A stretch of 64,000 nucleotides of DNA from Peribolospora baueri (Eukaryota), in assembly GCA_029717555.1 (NCBI GenBank), contig JAMDHS010000014.1, positions 62,001 to 126,000 on the forward strand, in the 5' to 3' direction. Of this stretch, positions 41,626 through 55,600 are shown piece after piece. The first letter of the stretch is position 1; the number at the start of each line of letters is the position of its first letter. The translations under genes were made by a program, and so were the position numbers. Below the pieces are notes generated by a model. It was not told the origin of the DNA, searched no databases, and saw only the letters and a program-made list of their open reading frames with translations.

Positions 41626-41760
41626 GTTGTCGGCGAGTCGGCGGGCGGGGAAAGACTTGAGGCGAGGACTACGAGACGGGGACCGGGTTGAGTTGGCGAC
41701 GAGCGAGGCTCACCTTCGCATCATGCTTCGAGTGCCGCAGTACAACCCGCCGTAGCATTG

Positions 41761-41769
41761 TAACCCTAA
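41761..41769. promoter_or_regulatory. TAACCCTAA telo-box-like motif upstream of RPL15
   Basis: Single telomere-repeat-like motif about 135 bp upstream of the RPL15 ATG. Similar boxes are known in ribosomal-protein promoters. Confidence 0.35.
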
Positions 41770-42157
41770 CCAGATCACCTCCGATGATAACTATACAGTA
41801 CGCGTATGCTTAGTCATCGTTACTGTCACGATCGTGGTCCGTGCGCCACTCGCACACAATGGACAAGCTCGGGAGGTTGGCGGGCCGCGTTTTCGACTCA
41901 AGCGAGCACTCTCTGTGCAAGAACAGGGTCGCATGCGGCTTCTCTTGGCCAAGGAAATCCACATGATATGTCATCTCAGTTTGCGGCGCACACTCCGGCC
42001 CGACCCGACGGCTTGTTTCTAGCCGAGGTCGATTCGGGGGGGGGGGGGCGAACACACACGTCAACGTTAACCTCGTGCTGATAATAGCACGCGAACATGT
42101 ATTGGTCATCAAAATGGAATTTACGCAGAGAACAAGAAGAAATGGTACGATTGGTAT

Positions 42158-44782
42158 TTACGCGGAAAACAAGAAGAAATGATACACCAGTCCTGAGAGT
42201 ACAGGTAGGGCTATGTATGAGAGGTGGGCAGAAGGAGGGGAAGAGGCGGGAAAGGCGCCGCCGTTGGACATGCCGGAGAGCGCCTCTGACGCGTCGCCCT
42301 CGTGATCCTTGACTGAGGAAAGAGGGACGGAAGGGAACGTAAGAAGGCGAGCGCGGGCGACGGTCGTGGTATGAAGGTCCGAAACGGCGCTTCGACTCAC
42401 CCGACCATTGGTTCCCGCGAACGGTGGTCACCTCGGCGGTCCCGTTCATGGACGCGTATTGCCAGAAACCCGCGCCGGCAGCCTTCAAGGAGCGAAGTCG
42501 GCAAGACCAAGTCAGTATCTGCCCGTCTGGACCGGACAACTCTTCTCCGCAACCCACGACTCACCCATCCGAGGCTCGAATGCGCTTGCTGGAGACAGCT
42601 CGACAAGGTTTGCGGGTCCTGTTCGGCGCGCATGAACCGAAGCGTCCCGCTCAGTAACGAACCTGACGGAACCGTCGTCGCGCGGAGGAGATAAAAAAAA
42701 TAGTTAAAGACAGCAAGCCAGGCTCACTGTGTATCCGCCACCGGAGCCCGGCGCTGGCGGGTTGAGGTCGCTTTGAGTGGCCGGCTTGCCGATGACGATC
42801 TTGTTCTACGGGGTCACATAAGGGCGATACAGGAAAAAACGTGCAAGGAGGGGAGGAGCGACAGCAAGGTGAGCGAATTGTACACTTGCCTGTACGAGTT
42901 CTCACAGCAGAAAAAAATAATTGCTCACTACGTCCACGCCGGCTTGCGCAAGTTCCGCAAGCGCCGTCCCAGGGAGATCAGGGTTGCTGTACGAAGAATG
43001 AAGGAGAGAGGCCATGTAGGTCAGAGAGCCCGTTGATGCCGATAAATTCGACGTTAGGAATGTTAATCTTCACCTCTTGATGAGCTGGTCGCAAGTCTCC
43101 CTAGAATGAGATTGGCGAGGCAAAGAGGCCAAGACAAGACAGTCAGCGGTGTCGGTAAACCGAGGACCAAAATTCGTCCACCAGAAGTCGACTCACCATT
43201 CACCCACTCCTCCATTGTAGTATTGAGTAAAGTCTGAAACGGAATATCACAAGTGACCATGGCACGGCAGAGATGAGGTCAAGCTCGGCCTGACTGGTCG
43301 ACAGAGGCGACACGACACGACGGCGACGACGAGCAAAGGGACAACGAAAATAGGAAACTCACAATAGTCGATAGAACTGCCCACTTGCTTGTCTACGGCA
43401 AGGTAGCCGCCGCCGGGGTACTTTGCCGGGTCGTTTTGGAACCAAGATGCGATTGCTTTTTTTTTGGCCGCGAATCAGCCATCTCGTCGATCGTCTCTTT
43501 ACAGACGAGAAGAGCAAGGAGAAGGAAACTAATCGACTCACGAGCATGGGAGAGGATGTACTGTCCCTGAGGCAGTGATTTTCGCAGGCTGGTGGTGAAC
43601 TCTGCCAGCCACGCCTCGGCCGTTCCTGCCGTGAAGGCTTGGAAGTCTGTTGAATGGATGTCATCGGAGGGGAGCGAGAAAAAGGACGATCAGATAAGAA
43701 GTGTAGAGAGGCGTTGATGGAGGTTAGACTCATCCTTCTGCTCACGAAAAGCTCAGATTGGCTAGGCGAGGCTCACCTTCATAATCACAATCGACGCCAT
43801 CGAGCTGTCGACAGCGGCGGACATACATGGTGGCATTTTTCAGTCACTTCCGAAAGCCGACCGCGCTTGTCCGCTCCGCTCCTTGCGACGAGTTCATATG
43901 GATAAACACGCGGCCGGAACCCACCTGGTACTGCTGCACAAACTTGGCCAGCTCATCGGCGGTAGCGGTGGCGCCCCACCCGCTGGTGGTGGGCGTGTTA
44001 GCGGCGCCAAAGGCGGAGACGACGAGCTTGACGCCCTTTTGGGAGTAGGCGGTCTTTATGGCCGTGCGCTCAGAATCAGTAAGCGAGGTCCATTGAGCGA
44101 CTGGGTTCGTGTGGAGGGAGAAGCATACAGGTCAGCTCGTTGTTCCCATTAGCCCACTACGCTCAAGAATGGAGGAAGAGAGCTCACCCCATCCGTCGCC
44201 ACCCGAAGGCGACCAGAACGCCTGGAGGAAAAAGGGGGGGAGAAAAGACAAGTTCATTGGCGGCGTTTCTAGGCAGTCGTGCCGACGTAGGCCGGAAAAA
44301 GGGAGGACAGAGAGACTCACGAGCGCGACGACGTTGAAGCCGCTCAGCTCGTCCGGGAAAGGAATCGTACCGGAGCGACCCTTTAATCGGTCGGGAAGAG
44401 AGAGGCGAAACGTCATCCGTCGATATTCCCAGTCGTAAACGCCGTCCGTCAACGAGTACAGAACGGAAGGCTCGCTCACATAAACTTGCCAAATGGGGCC
44501 GATGCCGCTCCCGGAGTGACCTCGGCGGGTGGGAACGTGAACGTTCTGTCGATCCTTCGCACTGCTCGCGTCGGTCCATCTAGTCGAAGACGAGGGTTCG
44601 CTGTGGACGAAGCCGTTGCCGGTGGACGTGTTCCGTGTGTGACCCGGGGCGGGGACGATCAACTCGTGACGCAGCGCCGTCGTCGACGAAGCAAACGGCT
44701 CGACGGGGACGGCGATGACAGGAGGGAGGGAATGGTGTATGGAGAAGAGGGGAAGAAGGAAGAGAGAAAGGCCGGCCTTCAT
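42158..44782 (-). CDS. Secreted GH18 chitinase, second paralog, possible GPI-anchor tail
   Basis: Signal peptide MKAGLSLFLLPLFS; GFNVVAL|AFW; KLVVSAFGAANTPT; LDGVDCDYE|DF; YILSHA; KIVIGKPA; GAGFWQY; the last exon ends in hydrophobic YIALPVLSGLVYHFFLFSA*. Confidence 0.85.
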
Positions 44783-46151
44783 ATCGTTCGTTGGCTGCTG
44801 GACTGCCTGCTTTCCGCTTGTGACTGGGTTACGAAGTCAGAGACCCTGCTCTGAGTGAGAAGAAAGATGAGGCGCGCTACAATGGGATGGAACAGCGAAG
44901 ACCTGCTTTCGGGAGATGCGTGAACGGAGCGGACAGGGCCTGCCTGAATGTGAAAAGAAGCGGAAGGGAAGCGGGATGACGGGGAAGCGATATGAGCGGC
45001 GGCGGCACCGACGACTTCTTAAGTTTGAAGCGGGCACTGCACCCATTACGAACAAGCAGTCCGGCTCGCCCCGGTGCTGGCCCTTCTGAGGGCGAGCCGA
45101 GAGGCGAGCGAACGACGTACGCGCTGCATGCCTGCCGGCGTCGTAGACGGCCGTCAAACAAGGGTCAGTCGCGCGGCGCCGTGTGCGACGGAAGCGCAGT
45201 GACGGGTAAGAATGCTTGGGGGGAAGTGTTGTGTTGCTGTCAAATAGAGAGGTAGAGGGAGCATGAATGAACTGGTTGGCGTCGTCTGGAGACGGTTTGG
45301 CGACATTCTACACCTGAGCCTGAGCGAGCCCCTCGGCGGAGGAGGGGTGGCGGGAACGCCAGTCATTAGTTAGCCAGCAGTGGGTGGTGTGAGATGAACG
45401 TAACGTCGGATACGTGAGCGGGCCACTCGGATTGTGAGCAAGAGGAGGCGCCAGGGAAGCGGGACGAGATGATGGAGTGCGATGCTGACGACGACAGTGG
45501 AGGCCAAGACGACGTCGCATGCCGGTCACTGTCCGTCGTCCTTCCACACACACCGACCCGTCGACTGGCCTATCCTTTCATTCTTCCCTTGCCGTAATGT
45601 ATCCAGTCTGGCGTTGGAAGCGGGAATTAAAACTGCCATCGCTCTGTCTGACACGACGACGAGGAGGATCGCCGCCGCCAGGCATCGGTGCCGCCCAGAT
45701 CGGCGGGGTGTGATCGGCGCTGATCGCTTACATCAGGTGTGCGACCAGCCGAATTGCGCCGGGAGCGGGGAAAGAAGACTTGAACACCACCAAGGAGCGT
45801 TGCGAGGGACATATAGGCGAGGACGAGGACGAGGACGGAGGGAGGACGGGGAGCAAGTAGAACGATGGGGAGCCTGCCGAAGCCGAAGCTGAGGGGTACG
45901 CACGTTGGCTCGCTTCATCACCTCATCACCTCGATCTCGCGTGGGCTAATAATAATAAGTGTCGTCGATGACGGGACGTAAGAAAAGAATGATAATATCA
46001 GGTGGAGGTGGAGGTGCCCAACTTCGTTCTTATACGACCCAGCCAGCACTTGATGACGAGCTTGATCTCGTCTCCCTCACCACGTCTCTTTCCCTCTTCC
46101 ACGTCAATCAGCCAGCCAGCAAGTTAGCAAACCACCAAGCAAGAGTCAGTC

Positions 46152-47302
46152 ATGTCCGCCGCCAACGACAAGCCCGCGCTCTTCATCGTTGGCTTCGGCC
46201 CCGGCATCGCACGGAGCGGTAAGCGCCCCAGTCCGGCCCCAAAAGCTATTCATCTATCTATCTATCTATCTGCACAGATCAAGGACGAACAGACGTGCTC
46301 ATTCCATCTCCTTCCCCCGCAGTCGCCGAGCGCTTCCTCTCCGCAGGCTTCTCTCTCGGCCTCATCTCCCGCTCCACCGCCTCGCACGAACAGCTGGTCG
46401 CCTCGCGCCACCGACCGTCCAAGGACACCATCCAGTCCGCCACCGCCGACGTGAGCAACTATGCCGAGCTCAAGCAGGCGCTCGAGCGCTTGAAGGAGCG
46501 ACTGGGCAGCCCTTCGGTCGTGCTGTACAACGCCGGCAGCTTTGTCTTGGGAGCCAAGAAGATCGAGGAGAGCACGCCCGAGGTGCGTTGCTCGCACCTG
46601 CAACGCGGTCGAATTTGTCTCTCTGCTCCACGACGAACGAGGCGTCTCCTCTCACTTCGCCCTCCACGCTCCCTTTCCCTCCGTTCACCAGGACATCGAG
46701 AAACACCTCTCCATCTCCACCGTAGCAGGCTTCGTCACCGCCCAGTGGGCCGCCCAGAACCTCCAGCCAAGGGGCTCGGCCAAGAAGCCCGCGGTGAGCT
46801 GGCGGCGATATCGATATGATTTCGCTGGGCTCGCCGTCTATCTATTCCATCTTACACAACCTCATCTCTTTTTTTGTTTTGTTTTGTTTCCCTTCTATTA
46901 CATACGTCGACCCGAAAGCTCTTCTTCACCGGCGGCGGCCTGGCACGCAACCCCTGGGCAGATCACGCCGGCTTGGCGATGGGCAAAGCGGCATTGCTCA
47001 ACTTGGCCAGGAACTACAAGAATAACATCCTCGGCCCTAAGGGTGAGTCGTTACAGCGCTCCTCCCGTCCTCCTGTCCAGGTCAAGCACTCCGGCCTTCC
47101 TTCTCACGCGCCCATCTCTCCCACACGATCATCTCCTCCTCCCTCTCAAAAAGGTATCCACGTAGCCACCGTGACCGTCTGCGGCTTGGTAAAGCCCGAG
47201 GACCCCAAATACAGCCCCGCCCTCATCGCCGACGAGTTCTGGAAGCTTTACACCGAGCAAGGTCCCGACCCTAGCAAGTGGACCGAGGAGGTCGTCTACT
47301 GA
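46152..47302 (+). CDS. Short-chain dehydrogenase/reductase (atypical SDR)
   Basis: IVGFGPGIAR; ADVS; VVLYNAG; LFFTGGG; LAMGKAALLNL; GIHVATVTVCG; ADEFWKLY. Confidence 0.88.
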
Positions 47303-47691
47303 TTCTCTCCAATCGATCCGCACGTTCTCCTCTTAGCCACGAGCGATCCGCCGGTCCGACCCCTTTTCGAGCGTCCCATCGGTCACAGAATGTTGTGTAC
47401 TCTTTTCCAAACAGAAAAAAAAAGAAAGGGCAGCCTTCGCCCGACTTCGAGGACAGCCCACCAGACGCGCGTGAGAAAGGTGAACGCTGAAGCTTACGAC
47501 GTCTAACAAGGCGAAAACGTCTCGGTTCCATTAACGTAAAGCGCTCCCACAAACAAACAAACAAACTAGGGGTGGCAGTTCTAGTAAGAAACCTCGTTCT
47601 TTTCCGGCGGCGTGTAAACGAAACGCCGCGTTCGTCCCGCAAACCGGTCTCAAGGGAACGCCTCCAGCTCGCCTTTCTCCCATCGGCGCGA

Positions 47692-50600
47692 TCAAACGTT
47701 GTACCACGCAAACCCGGGGTTCCCAGGCTCAGCGGTTTCGATCATCTTCGGCTCGTAGCCAGCCTTAGCAGCGTCGGGCTCGCCAGCCTTCTTCTCCGCC
47801 TCCTCTTTCGACTCGACGTTCACCTTGGAGAACTTGAGCGTGCGCGCGAGGTACGGCAGGATCTGGTCCAGGACTTCGGCCTCCTTGAAGGGCAGGGCGC
47901 GGTTGAGCGTCGCCTCAATACCAAAGGTGCTCATACGTCTCTGCAGGACGAGTCACGAGGAAATGCGTCAGCAATAGGAACGAACGCTGACTGCTTTGGT
48001 GCGAAAAAAGTCAAGTCCCTGCCCCGATGGTTCATAACCGTTCACTTACCTGAAGCTGCTTGATGAACGGCATCGCCTTCTTGTCCTTGAAGAGCCCCTT
48101 CTTGTCCAACGACTGCCTCAGGCCAGCCTCGTCGACCTGGCCGGTCGCCATGTTAATGTTCTCGCGCAGGGCCTGAACATGCCACCGAAACGAAAAAATC
48201 GCGATGGATCAGACAACCTTCTCATCGAGCTTTACATTCATGTTCAAAGCATTTACTCACCACGATGCAACGCTCCTGCCATTCGGGGAACGAGGTGGCG
48301 ATGAAAATACGCAGCTCCTTGGGCTTGGATGGGTCGTAAGTCACCACCGGTCCCTTGCCCTTCGCCTTCTTCTTGCTCACCGCCAGCTCGGCATCGCGGA
48401 TCGTCTTGATCAGAGTGCGCACGTACGTCGCCGCGTCCGAGAGCTCCTTGCTGACGGGTGCGCTAAGCTCCGGGAACCGAGCCAGCTGCACCGATTCCTT
48501 CTCACCGAGCACCGCTGTCCAGATGTGCTCGGCGTAGTGAGGCGCAAGAGGAAGGACGAGGAGCGCTTGCACCCGGATCCATCGGAAGACGAGGTCGACG
48601 TGCATGCCGATGTCTGCCGTCGCCTCGCGGTAAAGGTCGCGCGCCATCTGGAGCTCGTAGAAACCGGACTTCAGAGCGTCTTTATAGAGTGTCCTACAAA
48701 CAAAAAACCCCGGGGGAACATCAGTGACCATCCAAAAGGCCCGTATCCCACCCGTTCTCTTCCGCGTATACTCACTTGGAATAGTACTCATCGGTGTGCG
48801 CGATGAGCTCGTTCATCTCGTTCTCGAACACCTTGTCCCAGAACGTGTATTCGCTCTTCGGACCAGTGCGGAGCTTGTCCTTGTTCGAGACTTGCTCCTG
48901 TATTTAGGATAACAACCCATTCGTCAGCATTGGTGGTGCGCGATTCCTAAGCTATGTGTTGCCTTCAAGCCGCGACCACTCACCAGGGTCCACTCGATGA
49001 GCGTGTGAAGACGGAGAATGTTGGCATTGGCCGTCTTCTCCTCAAAGTTCGCGTCCTCAATACCGTCACCAGCGTCAGCGAGAGAGAGGCGGGTGGCGTC
49101 AGCGCCAAACTTCTCGACCGCCTCACGCAGAGTAAGGCTGTTGCCCGTGCTCTTAGACATTTTTGCGCCGTTGAGCATCAGATGGCCGTTTGCGCGCATC
49201 GATTGCGGCCAGAGCTTCTCTGGGAAAATGGCAGCATGGATGTAGATGCAGAAGGTGAGGTGGTTGGGGATGAGGTCCTTTCCGGAAGTCCGGATGTCTA
49301 TCGGATAGAAGTAGTTGAACTCGGCCTTGAGGATATCAGCCTTCTCGCGAGGGATCGTCGAGTTGGTGGGGAAAGCGCCGCTCCCCAAGATGTACTCCCA
49401 CATTTCATCAGTCAGCTGGTCAGGTGTGATGCCGAGAGGGCCCGGCTTACTACCGTCTTCGACTCCGCCTGGAAAGAGGCGAGCGAAAAGTTTCAGCAAG
49501 ATGGCAGAGCGCGAAGGCCGCAAACGGGAAACTCACCCTGAAGAAGATAAGCGACGGTGTAGTAGCTCATGTAAATGGTCGAGTCGCTGAGAGATTCCAC
49601 GAGGAATTGCGGGTCCCAAGGCAATCGGGAACCGAGACCGAAACTCCTTGCGCACGCCCACTGTCGCAGCCAGTTGATCACCTGCTCGAAGCCGTTGCGC
49701 GTTTCTTGGTTGTACGTGTTCATCTGAGCCAGGAGCCTAAATTGTAAAAAATGCGAGGTGACTGAACGTCAGCGGGAGTAATATGACCTCCACGTCGACA
49801 GCTGGAAGGTCGACGCACTTCTCGGCCTGAGCCTTCCACTCGTCCTCGCCGTAGTCGAGGTACCACTGGTCCTGCAGAGCAACGACACATTCGTCGCCGC
49901 TGCGAGAAATGATGAGACCTTCCGGCTCGGCGTAAGGGAACGCGAGGCCGGCTTTGATCATCTCTTCTCGGACCTTGGGTTTGGCGTCCTGAACGCTCTC
50001 GCCCTTGTAGGTACCAACGAGCATGGTGCCCGAGTAGAAGCCCTCCTTGTACGCCAGGTCCTTGGCCTCAGCCAGAGCCACCTTGTCTTTCTGTGACTGG
50101 ATCTTGAGCTTCTTGACCAGCGTCTCGGCGGTCAGGTTGCCGTACATGGGAGTAGAGATGACGGGAGTGGGGTCAAGGGCGGCCCAGGAAGGGTCAATCT
50201 TATAGTACTCCGCCTTCTTGCGCAGGTCCATCAAGGTGGCATAGTCGTCAGGAGAGTCAGACGGCACGGACGTGACGACACCGGTACCCTGACGGAAGTA
50301 GAATCGGGACGAAATCGAGCTGGTCAATCGGATTCTCAAGGTCACCAATGCGTCGTCCGATGGATCTTACCTTCGTCGCCAGGACGCCCTCCATAGGCAG
50401 CATGTAGACCTCATTATACACGCTGAAGGGCGCCTTGATCTTCGTCCCTACGAGATCGGATCCTTTGATAGACGCAATCTTGTCTACCTTACCGCGCTCC
50501 TTGAAAGTGCCCTGGAAGGTCATGTTGCGAGCGGCGCGGTCAGTGCACACGATGACCGAGTCGTCGTCAAGGGTGAAGACGCCGTAGTCAATGGTGGGTC

Positions 50601-52175
50601 CGACGAAGCAGTTGGTTTGGCCGTACCTGCGAATTGACCGGGGTGGAAAGATGGTTCAATAAAACTGGACGAAAGCTCAAACTGCAAGGCCAAGCGAAAC
50701 GATGTCGACTCACATCGTCTCAGGCCTCAGAGTGGCCGCGACGAAAAACACCTTTTTGCCCTGCGTCGACTTGTCAAGTATGGGGGCAGCTGCAGCGCTC
50801 CACTGGACGAGCTCCATCTTAACGCCAGTGTACTCCTGTGGACCAAGAGCCTCTCCGCTTTGCCTGTCGTGGTCCATGCAGGGCTGGCCGTCCTTAGGCG
50901 AGTAGATAGTGTAGCGCTCGCCGAACTTGATCTTGTCGACGGCGTGCAGCTTGTTGACCTGCCAGCGAACAAATGTGTCGTAGTAGGGGTTCACGTCGGT
51001 GGTGATGAAAGCTCTTCGCCAGTCGATACGAGCACCGAAAGCATCACAATCGGCCTGAAAACCGAGAAGAACGAGGTTGTCAATGAGCAATCGGGATGCG
51101 ACGGATTCATTGCTGTGCAACGAGCACTGACCTTCGCGATCGGAGGGAAGTACTTCAACCAGTAGTGAGGATCAGCAAACTTCTTGATTTCCTCGTTCGG
51201 AACCTAGAAACAAAGGGAAGACCATATGAGCATCAGTACATATGCCCTGTTTCCATCCTTAGCGACTTCGTACAGGCACAGGCACGCACGGCAATGCTCC
51301 TCATGATCTGGAACTGATACTTGAGTCCGGTAGCCTTCGCGGCCACCTTGCCCTTCTTGGCTTTGTCAACGTTAGAGTGAGTCGTAGAGGTGGTCGATGT
51401 GGCGGTGTCGGGGGCGAGCTTCTCTTCGGCAACCTCGTCAACGTAATTCTCAAAGTCGGGACCGAACATCTCGATCTCCCGCACGAGCTTGTCGGCCGCG
51501 GCCTGTGCGTCGGGCCAGGGGAAAGGGTCAGAAGGTTACACCGAAAACACAGGCAAACAAAAAACACAGCCGCCTCCATAAGAACAAAAAGGCACTGCCC
51601 ATAGCCATCAAGCGAAAGCATTCCCACGTCCCCTTCCACAGGGAACTCGCCGGCCACATCTTCCTGGGCAACCACGCCGCGCGACACCACCAACCTCGTC
51701 ATCAGAGACCCACCTTGATGGGCATACCGGTGCAGTGGAAAGCCCACGGAAAGAGAGCCCTCCGCCCCTTCATCCTCTCGTACCCGGTCGCAAACTCGAG
51801 CTTGGACATGGTGAAAGCGTGACCGAGGTGGAGCGATCCGTTCATGTAAGCAAACGGCACCGTCCCGAAGAACTTCGGGTACTTTTTGCGCAGCTCGTCC
51901 AGATCCATGTCGCGCAGCGAGGCGTCCGAGGTGGTGGGGGCGTCGACTTCGAAGAGGTGCTCCTCCTTCCATCGCGCCTGATATTTGTGCTCCAGCGACT
52001 TGAGGTAGTCCCTTTTGGCGGTCTGAAGAAGCGATCAGGTCCAAGCTGCGTCAGTCCCCTGTGCTGCGCGCATGTGCCCAGTCCGACGCCAGGCACTGGC
52101 AGCTACGTCATTCGTACGCACGTTCTCGAGCTGGATGGGGCCGTTGGCCTCCGGAGCAGTGGTGGTGCTCGTCAT
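47692..52175 (-). CDS. CDC60: Cytosolic leucyl-tRNA synthetase
   Basis: [10 protein letters not shown] (HIGH); [49 protein letters not shown] editing domain; [14 protein letters not shown]. Confidence 0.97.
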
Positions 52176-52612
52176 CCTGACGATGCCCGCGAAGAGAAAG
52201 CTGGCCGCGCGAGGGGGCGAGGGTCGGCGAAGCGGAGACGACAAAGAGATTGCGAGCAGTATGACTGCTGTAAACTGCGCGCTCCGGCGGCGTTCCTACG
52301 TGATCGGGGGCAAAGGGGATGGTTGTCGAAAGCAAAGGCGACGACGTCCTGGAGGCGGACCTTGGCCACGCCAGAGCCGGACCGGGGAGTACGACTCGAC
52401 TCGAAGAATTCTTGCTGCGGCAACCCGTTTGCCGCTCAAATCAGGGTCGACTCAAATAGAATTCAATTCTATTCGGCTCAATTCAACCGTCACCGTCTCC
52501 CTCCTGACCATGGCTGACGGCCGACGCTCCTCGCTCTCGGCTCGGGTAATGTACAACGCCCGCGCGCGTACAACAAGGGCACGCAATTCGACGAGCAGCT
52601 TTTCCCCCTCCG

Positions 52613-55600
52613 TCACGCTTGGGTCGAGCTGGGCAGAGAGCAAAGGAATCGACGGACGACGGAGCGCCCCTTATGCAAGTTCTCGACGCGAATGCGCTCG
52701 TTCGGCAGGTGACCTTGGTCCGAGCTCTGGCCGAACGGAAGAGCAAGCACGGGTGCCCCCAGCGCTTTCTCGAGAATGGCGAGGGCGGGGATGGACTATG
52801 GGAGAGGAGCGGAGGCGCGCAGGGCGAGTTGGCAGAGAGTAAAGAGAGTGAGCTGATCTGAGCTCGTCACAGTCCGCCTGTCCGAGAGAGCGAGAGAGGG
52901 AAAGAGACACTTGGAGCTTGCCCAGACCCCACTTACCCCGCCTTCGCGAATGTACCACGGCTTGGCTCCCCACTCGTTCGCAACGGCCTCAGCCAGTGCT
53001 TTCCAATACTGATGCTCGGTAGATCCGAGCCACCAACCTGCCATGTGATCGATGGAGACCTGAGAGCGCAACACAGTCTCGCGTCAGTGTCACGAGGTGC
53101 GAGCATGATGACGGATAGTCCAGCAGCCTCTCCACACACATGAATGGTGTTTCTCGAATGGAGTGAAGTGAAACTCTTTTGAAGGTGGTCCACGAGCATC
53201 CGAGCGATGTCATCCAAGTCTTGGTCCGGCACGATCCGCACCGACACAGTCGCGGAGACCTTGCGCGGAATGACCGTCGAGTTGCCAGGTCCTGACACGT
53301 TGACGGTGTGGATGCTGAGCGCGGGGTACCGCCATCGGGCCATCAACGATTCTGCGGAGCCAACGCGGCCTGCGTGCCCTTCGACGATAGTTTGGTAGTA
53401 GTCCGTCTCCTCTTTCGTCACCTGATTTGCAGCATCAAACGGAGCACGGTCCACGATGAGCGAATTAAGCTTTGGTGCCTCTGCCGGATTTCGAAAAAAA
53501 AGGAGCTCACCCGTCGAACGGCATTGTAGAACCCTTGCACCTTGACCCGATTCCCATCGCAGAGCGAGCCAAGCACGCGCACCATGTCGACCATCGGCTC
53601 GTCAACGGCTCCGCCTTCAACGCCTGAATGGACATCCGGATGATCGCTGGAAATCTGTTCTGAACAACAATCAGATGGTGTCTATGTAGCTTTGCCCTGC
53701 GCGCGCATGAACTACTCACCTCCACCGTAGCCCGAACGACGCCTCTCAATCCAATCGTCAAGCAAGGCTCCGTCTCTCCAAGCCAGTAGGAGTTGCTGTC
53801 CGTGACAAGACAAACAGCGTCAGTCACGGTTCTTCATTTTGGAAGCATGCATGGCCAAGGTCGGAGCTCACCAAACTAGCACAGCATCAATATGCCCAAT
53901 CTGCTCCTTGTACTTGTGCAAAGCGTCGCGGAAGCCACTGCTTCCCGACTCTTCCTCCCCTTCGATGATCATCACGACGTCGACGTCGAGAGCCCGCTCG
54001 CTCAGCAAAGATGAGGCGGCGTGGGCGACGGCGAGTATAGGTCCTGCACAAGGGGTACTCGTCAGTCAGACGACTGACCTAAAAAAACTCGAGCGTGAAC
54101 TCACCTTTATTGTCTGACACTCCTCGGCTGAGCCAGTGAATGTAGAGAGATAAAATTACGTTCAGTTGGACTGCGGTGATGGTATATTTAACGACATCAC
54201 ATCAAGCTGCACCATCCCGACCACTCACCCAAACAAATACCCATTACGTCCAAACAGTTCCCAGGGGTCACTATCCCAATACCCCTCCCCAGCACTGATC
54301 ACGTCGTAATGACCGTACACGGCGATCCGAGGTTTATTCTCACCGTCGGGGCGATCTTTCCCACGAAACGTTGCAAGAACGAGCGGGTTCTCGCCTTCGC
54401 GAGCGCTCACCTGGAGGAAGATACAACCGTCGGTTCTTCAACACACACAGCCCGGATCACAATAAGGCTAGGCCTTCTCACCAAGGAGGCCTCGGCGCCG
54501 AGCTGCGAGAAGGTCCTTTTGAGGAAGAGCGCGCATTGTCGACAGTCTTCACGGTGCGAGTCGTCACTGATAGTCTGGAACGTTATAAACTTGCGGAGGC
54601 TACGCATGAGGGAGTCTGATCGATGCGAAAAGCGAAAGCTCAAATGAATGAGAGATCGGAACAAGTGGGAGGAGAGCTTCCATCGCCCTCTCACCCTGCC
54701 AAGGATGCAGCAAACCATTACTACTATCCGACTGGCGTCGTGACCGCACATCCAATTCCCAAAACTGAAAAGGCAACAAATGAGCCGCTTGCAAGCGCTG
54801 TTACGGCCATAATATAGGAGATTTTACCTGAATTTTGTTGTCTGATGCACCCGTGATGAGAAGAGGGTGGTTCGGCACGTTCTCATGGACGATGGTGGAG
54901 AGAATGATGCCGTCATGGGCACACCAAGTAGCGGTGCATTGAAATGATTTGTTCCATCTCTGATCGCGGAAAGAGAAGGCATGAATTTGCGGATACGAGA
55001 AAATGGTTGACGAACGAAGCGCGAAGGAGCTCACCTTCATCTCTCCGTTGGCGGAAGCGGTAAAGAGTTCTTCACCGACTGATACAAGGGAAAGGACGTC
55101 GTCCTGGAACCCAGCCAAGAAAGCTGTTAGCACCTGACGTACGCCCTACGGACTGACCCGAGCAAGCTCTCACTTCATGGGCAGTCAAGGTCCGAATTAA
55201 GGTAAAAGTCTCCAAATCCCAGATCTGAAGGCAAGGACAGGGATGACGAGTGATGTCAGCCCTGCTCATGCTCGAGACCTCGACTGATCTCGACGAGCTC
55301 ACTTTGACATGTCCGTCTTGGACTCCAGCAAAGAGGGTGCTTTGCCTCGTCGCGAGGGCTAAGACACCACCTAGACAGCCATGCAATGTGGTGATCAGGG
55401 TGAGGCCTGTCGGTCTGCATTCCCATAGCTGCAGAAGGTCAGACCAGTCGGTGAGTCGATGGGTTCACCCTTTCGGTCCAGCAGATATCGTCACAAAGTT
55501 CACCTTCACGTCCTCGTCTCCCGAGCCGCTAACAAGAACCTCCGGGTATCTTTCGCTAAGATACGTCAAGTTCAACGAATAGACGTATCCGAAATGAGCC

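Noticed and set aside
41761..41770. Telomeric repeat
   Set aside because: A single 1.5-unit copy in a promoter, not a telomere array.
44800..46100. 1.3-kb intergenic region with many short ORFs
   Set aside because: No coherent exon chain or repeat structure; consistent with a divergent promoter region for the chitinase and the SDR.
51735..52842. Long plus-strand ORFs (260 and 256 aa)
   Set aside because: They overlap LeuRS and DUG2 antisense, have no recognisable motifs, and are expected in GC-rich DNA.
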